This document shows positions 9,781-18,714 of a DNA stretch of 61,425 nt, one piece after another; position 1 is the stretch's first letter; each line of letters starts with the position of its first letter. Source of the stretch: Clostridia bacterium (GTDB lineage Bacteria > Bacillota > Clostridia > Christensenellales > CAG-138); contig JAFOQN010000036.1 of NCBI GenBank assembly GCA_017393775.1, forward strand, positions 1-61,425, in the 5' to 3' direction. Under the pieces are notes generated by a model. The model saw nothing but the letters and a program-made list of their open reading frames with translations. It had not been told where the DNA came from and did not search any database. The position numbers and the translations under genes are program-made.

Positions 9781-11100
9781 TCACGCGCGAACGACGTCGT
9801 ACACCATCGGACGGTATTCCGGTTTTGCATCGGAATACGCAAATGCGCTGTGGAACATTTCAAGCGCGGCGTTGACCTTGCTTTCGTCGTTCACATACAT
9901 CACGCAAAGCGGTTCGTCGGCACGGATGAAATCGCCGAGACGCTTCTTCATCACAAGACCGACCGCCGGATCGATGCTTTCTTCCTTGGTGGCGCGTCCC
10001 GCACCGAGGATCTGCGCCGCCGTGCCGATGCGTTCGGCATTCATCGAAGAGATATAACCCGCACGCTTCGGATACACGTTCAAGATCGTTTTCACCTTGC
10101 AAAGCTCGTCGATCCTGTCAAGGTTGATATATGACGCGTCGCCGCCCTCCGCCGCGATCATCTGACGAAGTTTGGCAAGGCCTTTGCCGGAATGCAGCGC
10201 GGATTCAAGCTTTTCGCGCGCCTCAACTTCGGTTTCGGCGAGCTTACTGACGCGCATCATGTGCACGCCCAAAAGCATGCACACCTCGTACAGCGGATCG
10301 CCCGCGGGGATCTTTCCGGAAAGCAGCTCGACTGCTTCCCGCACCTCCAGCGCATTGCCGACCGCAAGCCCGAGCGGCTGATTCATGTCTGTGATCACCG
10401 CAACGCATTCGCGTCCGACAAGTTTTCCGATGGAGACCATCAGGTGCGCAAGCTTCTCCGCTTCGTCGACCGTCTGCATGAATGCGCCGGTGCCGGTTTT
10501 GACGTCGAGCACGATCGCATCGGTTCCCGCGGCAAGCTTTTTGGACATGATGCTCGATGCGATCAGCGGTATACTGCGTACGGTCGCCGTGACGTCCCGG
10601 AGCGCATACATTTTCTTATCGGCAGGAACAAGGTTGCCGGTCTGTCCGATGACGGCGACGCCGATGTCGTTCACGATCTCTTTAAACCGTTCCATGGGCT
10701 GCTCGATGCAAACACCGGGGATCGATTCAAGCTTATCCAGCGTGCCGCCGGTGTGTCCGAGTCCTCTGCCGCTCATCTTTGCGACCGTACCGCCGCATGC
10801 GGCAACAAGGGGGGCGATTACAAGCGTCGTCGTATCGCCGACGCCGCCCGTTGAATGCTTGTCAACCTTAACACCTTTTAAGTCGCTCAAATCAACTACG
10901 TCGCCCGAATGCATCATTGCCATCGTCAGGTCCGCGGTCTCGCGGTCCGTCATGCCGTTGAACACGACCGCCATCTGGAATGCGGACATCTGATAATCCG
11001 GAATGGAGCCATCCGTAAATCCGTTGACAATATAAAGGATCTCGTCACCGGACAGCGTTCCGCCGTTTACCTTTTTCTCGATCAGATCGACCATGCGCAT
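9781..11100 (-). CDS. pdp: pyrimidine-nucleoside (thymidine) phosphorylase
   Basis: KHSTGGVGDTTTL motif and typical length from the start at 11100 (MRMVDLIEKK) with an AGGAGG RBS. The longest ORF starts at 11160. Confidence 0.9.
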   Translation of the reverse strand: MRMVDLIEKKVNGGTLSGDEILYIVNGFTDGSIPDYQMSAFQMAVVFNGMTDRETADLTMAMMHSGDVVDLSDLKGVKVDKHSTGGVGDTTTLVIAPLVAACGGTVAKMSGRGLGHTGGTLDKLESIPGVCIEQPMERFKEIVNDIGVAVIGQTGNLVPADKKMYALRDVTATVRSIPLIASSIMSKKLAAGTDAIVLDVKTGTGAFMQTVDEAEKLAHLMVSIGKLVGRECVAVITDMNQPLGLAVGNALEVREAVELLSGKIPAGDPLYEVCMLLGVHMMRVSKLAETEVEAREKLESALHSGKGLAKLRQMIAAEGGDASYINLDRIDELCKVKTILNVYPKRAGYISSMNAERIGTAAQILGAGRATKEESIDPAVGLVMKKRLGDFIRADEPLCVMYVNDESKVNAALEMFHSAFAYSDAKPEYRPMVYDVVRA

Positions 11101-11137
11101 ACGAATGTACCTCCTGTTATTCGGATAGACTATTATA

Positions 11138-12676
11138 TCACATTTTCCCTGTATTGGCAACGTCTTTTCCGATCATCGGAAGGATGGATCGCTCAAAAGC
11201 GCCGCGTACCGCTTCCTCGTAAGGTTCCTCTTCGACCGGACATACGACAACACTCTTGAGTTTCGGATGATCCCGCAAAAGCGATGCGGAATCCAGCCCG
11301 AGCCTGCCGACAATCAAACAGCCCGGACGGTCCGCGTTGGAAAACCGTTCCACCACGGCAGCAGACGCTTTTTCAAACCGAATGCTTTGCAGATCAAAGC
11401 TTCCCCCACCCGTGATAACAAAATCCGCTTCTCGCAAAGCAGACTCGATCCCGATGGAATCGGATACCCTGTCTGTACCTTTCTGCAGCGTTCCTCCGAC
11501 TGACATGAGCGCAAAACCCAATCCGCCGCCCGCTCCGCTCCCGGGTAAAAGCGGATCGCCGCCGATCACCGGAACAAGACGCGTAAACTCACGTTCCCAT
11601 GCATCGATCTGCTCCGGTTTTGCGCCGTTTTGCGTTCCGAGCACTTTGAGCGTTCCGTTCTCTCCGAGCAACGGCGCCGCAACGTCATAAAGAAGTATCA
11701 ATTCCGTCTGCGCGATACGCGGATCCAGTCCCGTGCGATCTATGTTCATAATCTTTGACAGCGTTTCCGGGCAAGGAATAATCTCTTCTCCGTCCGTACC
11801 CGTAAACCGGACGCCGAGCGCATGCAGCGCACCCAGTCCGAGATCGGCTGTAAGCGAGCCGCCCAGTCCGATCCATATCTTCCGGTATCCGAGATCGAGC
11901 GTCTTTCGGATCAGCATGCCGACGCCGAAGCTCGAACGGTGTTCGATCGGCGGTATATGCTTTGTCTTGCGGGAGAAGCCGACCGCGTCGGCCGCCTCAA
12001 TCACCGCAACGGGACCGGGAATCACACCGACAAGCATGTTGACGCGCTCGCCGTTCAGGTCCTCGCAGACAACCGTATCGTATCTTCCGTTTGTGCCTGC
12101 AACCAGAGAACGCACCGTCCCCTCGCCGCCGTCGGCAACCGGCATTCTCTGCACGCGGAATCCGTGGTCCGCTGCTGCCGTGCCGAGCACGCGGGAAAAC
12201 CGTTCCGCATCGCAAACACCCTTCATGGAATCCGGTGCGATCAGGATCCGGAACCCTTCGGACGGTTTCATGGGTTCGGGTGTTTCCGTCGGAATGAACG
12301 CAGCGCCGGCCTCATTCGGACGGATCGCGTTCGTTGCATCGATCTCACCGAGAATCGGATACGGGCCGAAGCTTTCGAGATCGTTTGCCTGGACCAGCGG
12401 CTTATAAAGGCAAAGCCGGGTCATAAGCGCATCCAGGGAATGCAGCTTTTCCCCTGCCGCGCGGGACTGTTTGATCCCGACGTAACAGATGATGCAAATA
12501 TATACCGGACTTTGCGTGACCGGATCAAACGATTCACATGCCTCGTACAGTCCGGTCTGGGACACGTCGGAAGCAAACGCTGCGCTGAATGCAACCTTCC
12601 AGCATGCACGACGCGTCTGTTCGGAAAAATCGGCGACCGGGAACCGCATCCCGATGGGAAAATAATGCCAGATCAT
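11138..12676 (-). CDS. glycerate kinase with an uncharacterised ~145-aa N-terminal extension
   Basis: The C-terminal ~365 aa carry glycerate-kinase motifs (ILIAPDSMKG, PVADGGEGTV). The ATG at 12676 overlaps the upstream ABC-F stop as ATGA, which supports the long form. Confidence 0.8.
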   Translation of the reverse strand: MIWHYFPIGMRFPVADFSEQTRRACWKVAFSAAFASDVSQTGLYEACESFDPVTQSPVYICIICYVGIKQSRAAGEKLHSLDALMTRLCLYKPLVQANDLESFGPYPILGEIDATNAIRPNEAGAAFIPTETPEPMKPSEGFRILIAPDSMKGVCDAERFSRVLGTAAADHGFRVQRMPVADGGEGTVRSLVAGTNGRYDTVVCEDLNGERVNMLVGVIPGPVAVIEAADAVGFSRKTKHIPPIEHRSSFGVGMLIRKTLDLGYRKIWIGLGGSLTADLGLGALHALGVRFTGTDGEEIIPCPETLSKIMNIDRTGLDPRIAQTELILLYDVAAPLLGENGTLKVLGTQNGAKPEQIDAWEREFTRLVPVIGGDPLLPGSGAGGGLGFALMSVGGTLQKGTDRVSDSIGIESALREADFVITGGGSFDLQSIRFEKASAAVVERFSNADRPGCLIVGRLGLDSASLLRDHPKLKSVVVCPVEEEPYEEAVRGAFERSILPMIGKDVANTGKM

Positions 12677-14598
12677 ATCTCGTCCTCCGTTTTGATCTCC
12701 GTGAGTGTCGCTTCGGCTTTTTCCAGCTGTTCATACAGTTCCGTTTCCTGTGTTTCAAGAGACGAAAGCTTTTCATAGAGTTCCTGCATCTGCCTGAAAT
12801 CGTTTTCGGTCTGCGCCCGGGTCAACTCCTGCTCGGCTTCCTTCTTCGCCGTTTCGTTCTGTTCGATCAATCGTTCGATTCGCTGAAGCTCCTGTTTTGT
12901 TCTCGCCCGGCGCTGTTTGGCTTCCTTGCGTCGCAGGAATACATTATCGGGTTCCGTTTTCGCCGCCTGCTTCGGTTTTTCTGGTTTACGCTCAACGATG
13001 CGTTCGAACAGATCTTCCTCCTCGTCCCGCTGTTCAATGAGCCCTTCTTCGGTCATCAGGATCACGCGGTCCGCAAGACGTTTCACCATATACCGGTCAT
13101 GCGTCACGATCAGGACCGTGCCCGTGAACTTCTCCAAAGCGCTCTCGAGCATTTCCGCAGACGCAATGTCCAGATGGTTCGTCGGCTCGTCCAGCAGAAG
13201 AACATTCGCGCCCGAAAGAACCAGCTTCAATAAACGGATCCGCGCCTTTTCGCCGCCGGACAGCGCGCCGATCCGTTTTTCAATGTCGTCGTTTTTAAAC
13301 AGGAACATGCCGAGATAGCCGCGCAGTGTATTCCGTTCGATGGCAGGAAACGTCCGGTCCAGCTCGCCGATAACGGTGTTCGCATCGTCCAGATCATAGG
13401 TATTCTGTGCAAAATAGCCGATGCGTACGCCTGCACCGAGCTTATAGGTGCCCTCGGTCTGCCGTTCTCTGCCGGTCAGAATCTTCAGAAGCGTCGTTTT
13501 GCCGCAGCCGTTCGGCCCGATCAGACAGACACACTGCCCTGCGCGGATCATTGTGCTCAGTCCGGAGAATATGCGCTGCGTTCCGTATTGCATGCCGAGC
13601 TCGTTAAGCATAATTACTTCGTTTCCGGTCGGCGCAGGCGTCGGAAACCGGAACGTGATGGATTTTTCATCCCGTTCCGGCACGACCATATCCGCTTTGA
13701 TGCGGTCGATCTGTTTCTGCTTCGAAGCGATCGTGATGTAGTTGCGCTCCTGGTTCCAGCGTTTCTGCTGCTCGATGATCCCCTCAATGCGGCGGATCTC
13801 CTTTTGCTTGCGCAGATAGATCTTCCTTTCGAGCTCGCGTGCGTCAAGCTTTAACTCCATATAACGCGTATAATTGCCTTCGGTGCCACGAATCCTGCCG
13901 TTCTGCAATTCAAGCATACGCGTAACCGTATCATCTAAAAATGCGCGATCGTGCGAAACAACCAGCACCGCGCCTTTGAACTGACGCAGATATTCCGTCA
14001 GCCAGCGGATAGCGGTAATATCAAGATTGTTGGTCGGCTCATCCAGAAGCAGCAAATCGGCACGGGACAGGATCGCGCGGGCAAGCATCGCCTTGCTGAC
14101 CTGCCCGCCTGAAAACGAATTGACCGGACGGATAAGGTCAGCCTCCGAAAATCCGAGTCCCAAAAGCGCGGAGCGCGTGAGCGCACGGAACGTTGTGCCG
14201 CCTTCGCGGGAAAGCGTTTCGACTACAGTCGCCTGTCTTTCGATCAACCGATCACGGTTTGCGGCACCCTGTTCGAGCTTTTGAACGATGCGCTCCTCCT
14301 CCGCTTCAAGATCCAAAAGCGGACGAAACGCCTCGAGCGTGAACGAGTACAGATCTGTGTCCGCATCGAGCTTCGGGATCTGTTCCACATAGGAAAGCTT
14401 TGTTCCCTGTGCCATGCCGAATGTACCGCCGTCATACGGTTCCTTTCCCATCAGGATCCGCATCAGCGTCGTTTTGCCTCCGCCGTTTACGCCGATCAGA
14501 CCGACACGTTCGCCCGGACGAATCTCAAAGGATACATCCGAAAACAATGTTCGGTCCGCGAACGATTTCTTCAGATTATCTACAGTCAGTAATACCAC
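12673..14598 (-). CDS. ABC-F family ATPase (YdiF/Uup-like translation factor), no TM domain
   Basis: 641 aa with two Walker A sites (GVNGGGKTT, GPNGCGKTT) and two signatures (FSGGQ, LSGGEK). It has an inter-domain linker and a long Glu/Lys coiled-coil C-terminus. The start codon is GTG. Confidence 0.9.
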   Translation of the reverse strand: MVLLTVDNLKKSFADRTLFSDVSFEIRPGERVGLIGVNGGGKTTLMRILMGKEPYDGGTFGMAQGTKLSYVEQIPKLDADTDLYSFTLEAFRPLLDLEAEEERIVQKLEQGAANRDRLIERQATVVETLSREGGTTFRALTRSALLGLGFSEADLIRPVNSFSGGQVSKAMLARAILSRADLLLLDEPTNNLDITAIRWLTEYLRQFKGAVLVVSHDRAFLDDTVTRMLELQNGRIRGTEGNYTRYMELKLDARELERKIYLRKQKEIRRIEGIIEQQKRWNQERNYITIASKQKQIDRIKADMVVPERDEKSITFRFPTPAPTGNEVIMLNELGMQYGTQRIFSGLSTMIRAGQCVCLIGPNGCGKTTLLKILTGRERQTEGTYKLGAGVRIGYFAQNTYDLDDANTVIGELDRTFPAIERNTLRGYLGMFLFKNDDIEKRIGALSGGEKARIRLLKLVLSGANVLLLDEPTNHLDIASAEMLESALEKFTGTVLIVTHDRYMVKRLADRVILMTEEGLIEQRDEEEDLFERIVERKPEKPKQAAKTEPDNVFLRRKEAKQRRARTKQELQRIERLIEQNETAKKEAEQELTRAQTENDFRQMQELYEKLSSLETQETELYEQLEKAEATLTEIKTEDEI

Positions 14599-14632
14599 GG
14601 TTCCGTCTCATTTAAATCGTATTGATAACAGC

Positions 14633-14660
14633 AGTATAGCACATCTTTCTGTATTTGGAA
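14633..14660 (-). promoter_or_regulatory. sigma-A-type promoter for the ABC-F gene
   Basis: Minus strand reads TTCCAA (14660-14655), a 16-nt spacer, then TGc-TATACT (14638-14633). Confidence 0.4.
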
Positions 14661-14699
14661 ATAATTTATATAAATTTCAAGATTATGTTGCATTTTGTA

Positions 14700-14708
14700 T
14701 GTTATAAT
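14700..14708 (+). promoter_or_regulatory. extended -10 promoter element for the NlpC/P60 gene
   Basis: TGT-TATAAT at 14700-14708, about 24 nt upstream of the AAAGGAG RBS. The -35 is weak. Confidence 0.4.
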
Positions 14709-14731
14709 CAATTTGTAAAAGGAGTCGAACG

Positions 14732-16117
14732 ATGGAAAAGGAGATCAAATTACTTCCGGGAAAGAAGCGCAGATCAATGCCCGTTGCTCTGCGCATCGTG
14801 ATCGCGCTGTCCGCCGCTGCGGTGCTTTGCACCGTCGGTCTTCTTTTGATTCTGCGCGATCGCCAGATCTCTCCGTTTCCGTCCGCAAATCTCGAGTCCG
14901 AATACCTGACTACAAAGGAAGATTCCGTACAGCTTGTCGGTTTATCGCCGACCCCTTTGCCGAGCGTTTTTATGCCGGACGCGACGCCGACAGCCGCCCC
15001 CACCGACAACCGAATCGCAATATCGCATTACTCCACACTCCAGATAAACGACGATAACGCCGAGGTTTCGGCTTTGCAGCAGAAGCTGATGGATCTCGGC
15101 TATATGGAAGCGGACGAGCCCGGTACGCTGTTCAACGAATCCACAAAAAACGCCGTTACGCTGTTTCAGCGTGCAACCGACAGCGAGCAGAACGGCATTG
15201 CTTCCGCATCGCTGCAGGAAATGCTGTTTTCCGACGGTGCGCAGGAATACCGGATCAAGCTGAACGACAACGGTCCGGACGTGCGGAGCGCACAGCGCCG
15301 ACTGAGAGATCTCGGCTACTACGGCGATCGTATTACCGGATATTTCGGGCCGAATACGGAAGAAGCGGTGCGCCAGTTCCAGGCAAAGAACAACAAAGAC
15401 GTTGACGGACAGATCACGCGCGACGACTGGGATCTTTTGTATTCCGATCATGCGATTCCCCTGGCAACGCCGACACCGACGCCATCACCGACGCCGAAGC
15501 CGTCGAAGTCTCCTACACCGAAACCGCAAAAAACCGCGACGCCAAAGCCCGCGAAGACAGCGACACCGAAGCCCGCGAAGACAGCGACGCCGAAGCCGCA
15601 GAAGACTGCAACACCGAAGCCGCAGAAAACCGCGACGCCGAAGCCCACCGCAACTATAAAACCGACTGCAACACCGAAACCGACCGCAACACCGAAACCG
15701 ACTTCCAAACCATCCGGTGACGATTCCGGTTATGCGCACAGTGTTGACGGCGTGATCAAATGCGCGCAGAATCAGCTCGGCGATCCTTATATCCTCGGCG
15801 ACGAAGGTCCCGATTCATTCGACTGTTCCGGTCTCGTCTACTATTGTTTGACCAAAGCCGGCGTCAAGGTGAGCCGCAGAAGCGCGCATTCCTATTCCGA
15901 AAACAACAGTTGGACGCTGATCGAATCCGTCGACGATCTCAGAAAAGGCGATCTGCTGTTCTTCAAGAGCGACACGAGCGATCGTGTCAACCACACGGCA
16001 ATCTACATCGGCGGAAGCAAATTTATCCATGCGAGCGCCAGCAAAGGGCAAGTTGTGCAAAGTTCTTTCTCCTCCTACTGGTACCGCAATTTTGTATGCG
16101 GAAGGCGCGTATTCTGA
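14732..16117 (+). CDS. secreted NlpC/P60 (C40) peptidoglycan endopeptidase with peptidoglycan-binding repeats
   Basis: N-terminal TM/signal segment and two PG-binding-like repeats ([27 protein letters not shown]). A Pro/Thr/Lys linker precedes a C-terminal catalytic region with DCSGLVYY (Cys) and HTAIYIG (His). Confidence 0.9.
   Translation: MEKEIKLLPGKKRRSMPVALRIVIALSAAAVLCTVGLLLILRDRQISPFPSANLESEYLTTKEDSVQLVGLSPTPLPSVFMPDATPTAAPTDNRIAISHYSTLQINDDNAEVSALQQKLMDLGYMEADEPGTLFNESTKNAVTLFQRATDSEQNGIASASLQEMLFSDGAQEYRIKLNDNGPDVRSAQRRLRDLGYYGDRITGYFGPNTEEAVRQFQAKNNKDVDGQITRDDWDLLYSDHAIPLATPTPTPSPTPKPSKSPTPKPQKTATPKPAKTATPKPAKTATPKPQKTATPKPQKTATPKPTATIKPTATPKPTATPKPTSKPSGDDSGYAHSVDGVIKCAQNQLGDPYILGDEGPDSFDCSGLVYYCLTKAGVKVSRRSAHSYSENNSWTLIESVDDLRKGDLLFFKSDTSDRVNHTAIYIGGSKFIHASASKGQVVQSSFSSYWYRNFVCGRRVF
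15466..15712 (+). repeat. in-frame tandem repeat encoding the Pro/Thr/Lys linker
   Basis: Imperfect 24-nt units encode KTATPKP(A/Q) about five times, followed by (T)ATPKP units, all inside the NlpC/P60 CDS. Confidence 0.85.
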
Positions 16118-17010
16118 TGGCTTGTCAAATCTGTCCGCGGAACTGCAAAATCGATCGAACAGCCGCAACCGGTTTCTGCGGCTGTTCTTCTGTTGTCCGT
16201 GTCGCGCGCGCCGCGCTGCACTATGACGAAGAGCCGAGCATCAGCGGAACGCGCGGCAGCGGGACGATCTTTTTTTCCGGGTGTAATCTGAAATGCATCT
16301 TCTGTCAGAACATGGTTTTAACCGACGGTACGCGCGGCGAAGTATGCAGCATTACGCGGCTTGCCGAAGCTATGCTGAAACTGCAGACGCTCGGCGCGCA
16401 CAATATCAATCTTGTTACCCCGACGCCGCACAGGGACGCGATCACATCTGCGCTTCGTCTTGCGAAATCCGAAGGGCTCTCGATTCCGGTCGTATACAAT
16501 ACGAATGCGTATGAGACCGTCGAAACGATCCGGGCATATGAGGGGCTTGTCGACATCTACCTTCCCGATCTCAAATATGTCGATCCGCGACTTTCGCTGA
16601 AGTTCTCCCGCGCTTCGAATTACTTTGAAACGGCAATCGAATCGATCGATGAAATGATCCGGCAGGTGGGCTATATGCAGACCGATGCAGACGGTATTGC
16701 AAAGAAAGGCGTTCGCATCCGGCACCTTGTTCTGCCCGGTTGCGTGTACGATACGCGCAGTGTATTGAATGCGATCAAGGAGCGGTTCGGTATCGGCTGT
16801 CCGATCTCGCTGATGTCGCAGTATACGCCGATCCCGGAATGCACGGTAAAGCCGCTCGACCGTCCGTTGACACAGCGCGAATATGAAAACGCGCTGGATT
16901 ACTGTCTTTCCCTGGGATTTACCGACGTTTTCACACAGGATCTGACCAGCGTCGGACGCTCCTTCACCCCACCGTTTTCCGACCATCTCAATCTGTTTGA
17001 CGAACCATGA
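16117..17010 (+). CDS. radical SAM protein, PflX / pyruvate-formate-lyase-activase-like
   Basis: CNLKCIFCQN CxxxCxxC cluster motif. The start ATG at 16117 overlaps the upstream stop (TGATG). The ORF-track entry 15760..17010 extends upstream into the previous gene in the same frame. Confidence 0.8.
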   Translation: MACQICPRNCKIDRTAATGFCGCSSVVRVARAALHYDEEPSISGTRGSGTIFFSGCNLKCIFCQNMVLTDGTRGEVCSITRLAEAMLKLQTLGAHNINLVTPTPHRDAITSALRLAKSEGLSIPVVYNTNAYETVETIRAYEGLVDIYLPDLKYVDPRLSLKFSRASNYFETAIESIDEMIRQVGYMQTDADGIAKKGVRIRHLVLPGCVYDTRSVLNAIKERFGIGCPISLMSQYTPIPECTVKPLDRPLTQREYENALDYCLSLGFTDVFTQDLTSVGRSFTPPFSDHLNLFDEP

Positions 17011-17882
17011 AAGACAATACCATTCTCACGATCGCTTCCCGCATTCGTCCGTTTTCCGATGCGGCAATCGTTTACCGCATGCCATGGTATGACAACACGG
17101 GATTCTATCACGCCTAGAAGATTCGGGAAGGTGAAGATCAATATCTGATCAAACGCACCGACTCGCCCGTTGAGCTTGCCGTTTATCAAGCGGTCTCTTC
17201 CCGCACCGACGTTCTTCCGCGTTTTTACGGCAGTACGAGCTTTCGAAACAAGACCTACCTGCTGCTCGAATTTGTCGAGGGACACGATATGATGCATGCC
17301 GCCCGCGATGATTTGCAAGCTGTTCTGCATGCAATGGTCCGTTTGCAGGACAGCTTCTGGAACGAGCCGGAGTCGATCGGCGAAAGCTTCACGGATGTAT
17401 TGGAAAAGAATCTCAAACGAAAGTCTTATCTTTCGGAACCGATGCTTTTGGAAGCGTTCGACCGCTTTGAAACGCAGTACCGGACCGTACCGAGGACGCT
17501 TTGTCACGACGATTTTCTGCCGTTCAATTTGATTACCGGCCGCGGTCGAACCGTCTTTATCGATTGGGAATACGCCGGCATTCTCCCCTATCCCGTCATG
17601 CTCGCACGACTTTTGGCGCATACGAGCACAAACGGAGAGACGCCGTTTTTTATGACGCCGGAGGACCGTGATTACGCGATCGCGTATTACTATGACAATC
17701 TGATTGCCCGACACGGTATTGCTTATGCGGATTATCGTAAAACGCTCGATTGTTTTCTGTTCTTTGAACGGCTTGAATGGGTTTATGTCTATCGAAAATA
17801 CAACAAAAAGCCGGACACGCTGTACCGCTATGAACTGGATGCAGCGGCACGTACGGCCGAACGGATTCTGAAAAATGATTGA
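17007..17882 (+). pseudogene. aminoglycoside/choline-kinase-like phosphotransferase (APH fold) interrupted by one in-frame TAG
   Basis: The ATG at 17007 overlaps the upstream stop as ATGA. Codon 37 is TAG (17115-17117), and the same frame continues as KIREGEDQYLIKRT...LLLEFVEGHDM... into track ORF 17289..17882. That ORF carries the kinase catalytic region LCHDDFLPFNLI and IDWEYAG. Confidence 0.65.
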
Positions 17883-17884
17883 AA

Positions 17885-17920
17885 TGAAAAAGCGGGAGCA
17901 GCACGCTCCCGCTTGTTTAT
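17885..17920. terminator. bidirectional intrinsic terminator between convergent genes
   Basis: A 9-bp stem AGCGGGAGC/GCTCCCGCT (17891-17899, 17905-17913) is flanked by an A-run and a T-rich run. Confidence 0.7.
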
Positions 17921-17925
17921 CTGCT

Positions 17926-18714
17926 TTATGCAAATAAGGATTCAAGATATTCCGCAACGCCCTCGTCCGCGCAGGAACCGATGACAAGATCGGCTTTTTC
18001 GCGAACGGCTGCATTGCCGTTTGCAACGCATACACCGGTCCCCGCCCATTCGATCATATCGAGATCAAGCGTGTTGTCGCCGATCGCCGTCACATCTTTC
18101 CTTTCGATGCCAAGCATTGCCGCTACCTTTTTGAGTGCGGATCCCTTTGTGGAAGAAACCGAACCGATCTCAATGAAGCCCGGTTTGGAACAAAGCACGG
18201 ACAGATGCTTCGGCAGCAGTCCGCGGATCTCGGTATACAACTCCGCTTCCCGCTTCGGATCGACGGCGAACAGCACCTTCGGAATGTTGTCGAGCGGACG
18301 ATATAAAAGCTGCGGATCGACGATGAAAGGCAAATTCAGAATGCTTGTGTACTGCTTGGTAAATGCGTTTTCCTGCCGGAATACGACCGTATCTTCCTCA
18401 TAGATCTGCGCATGGATTCCGAACGCATCCGCGATCGAAAGCGCGGTAACGACGTCCTCCGGACGCAAATAATTCACGAACAGATGCTCGCCTGTTCTGC
18501 CGTCGGATACCATTGCGCCGCCGTAATGGATCAAAGGTCCGTAAGCAGAAAGCGATTCGCGGATCTTTTGTGTTCCCAGGAATCCGCGTCCCGTTGCGAG
18601 AACAACGATCACGCCGTGATTTTCCGTAAGCCGGATCGCCTTTTTCAGTCGTTCGCTCGGAAGCTTGCCGGTCATCACGAGCGTATCGTCAATGTCGAGT
18701 GCTAAAAGCTTCAT
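17926..18714 (-). CDS. Cof-type HAD-IIB phosphatase
   Basis: 262 aa with the DxD motif LALDIDDTL and a C-terminal GDNTLD motif. Confidence 0.85.
   Translation of the reverse strand: MKLLALDIDDTLVMTGKLPSERLKKAIRLTENHGVIVVLATGRGFLGTQKIRESLSAYGPLIHYGGAMVSDGRTGEHLFVNYLRPEDVVTALSIADAFGIHAQIYEEDTVVFRQENAFTKQYTSILNLPFIVDPQLLYRPLDNIPKVLFAVDPKREAELYTEIRGLLPKHLSVLCSKPGFIEIGSVSSTKGSALKKVAAMLGIERKDVTAIGDNTLDLDMIEWAGTGVCVANGNAAVREKADLVIGSCADEGVAEYLESLFA

Noticed and set aside
14599-14611. 11-codon upstream ORF (ATG 14611, MRRNRGITDCR) overlapping the ABC-F GTG start, as a possible regulatory leader peptide.
   Set aside because: It has no RBS, lies only about 15 nt from the predicted TSS, and is not followed by alternative hairpins. 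Most likely fortuitous.
17115-17117. The TAG in the phosphotransferase gene as pyrrolysine or a reassigned sense codon.
   Set aside because: TAG is used as an ordinary stop in this same window (spoIIIAB ends ...AILLL-TAG at 42555-42557). No pyl genes or methylamine methyltransferases are present here. A nonsense mutation or sequencing error is more parsimonious. It remains listed as a check in the finding.
16899-18035. 378-aa minus-strand ORF spanning the phosphotransferase locus.
   Set aside because: It lies antisense to a frame with clear APH-kinase motifs and overlaps the 3' end of the HAD gene. Its composition is junk-like, and its existence is favoured simply by the absence of stops in GC-rich antisense frames.
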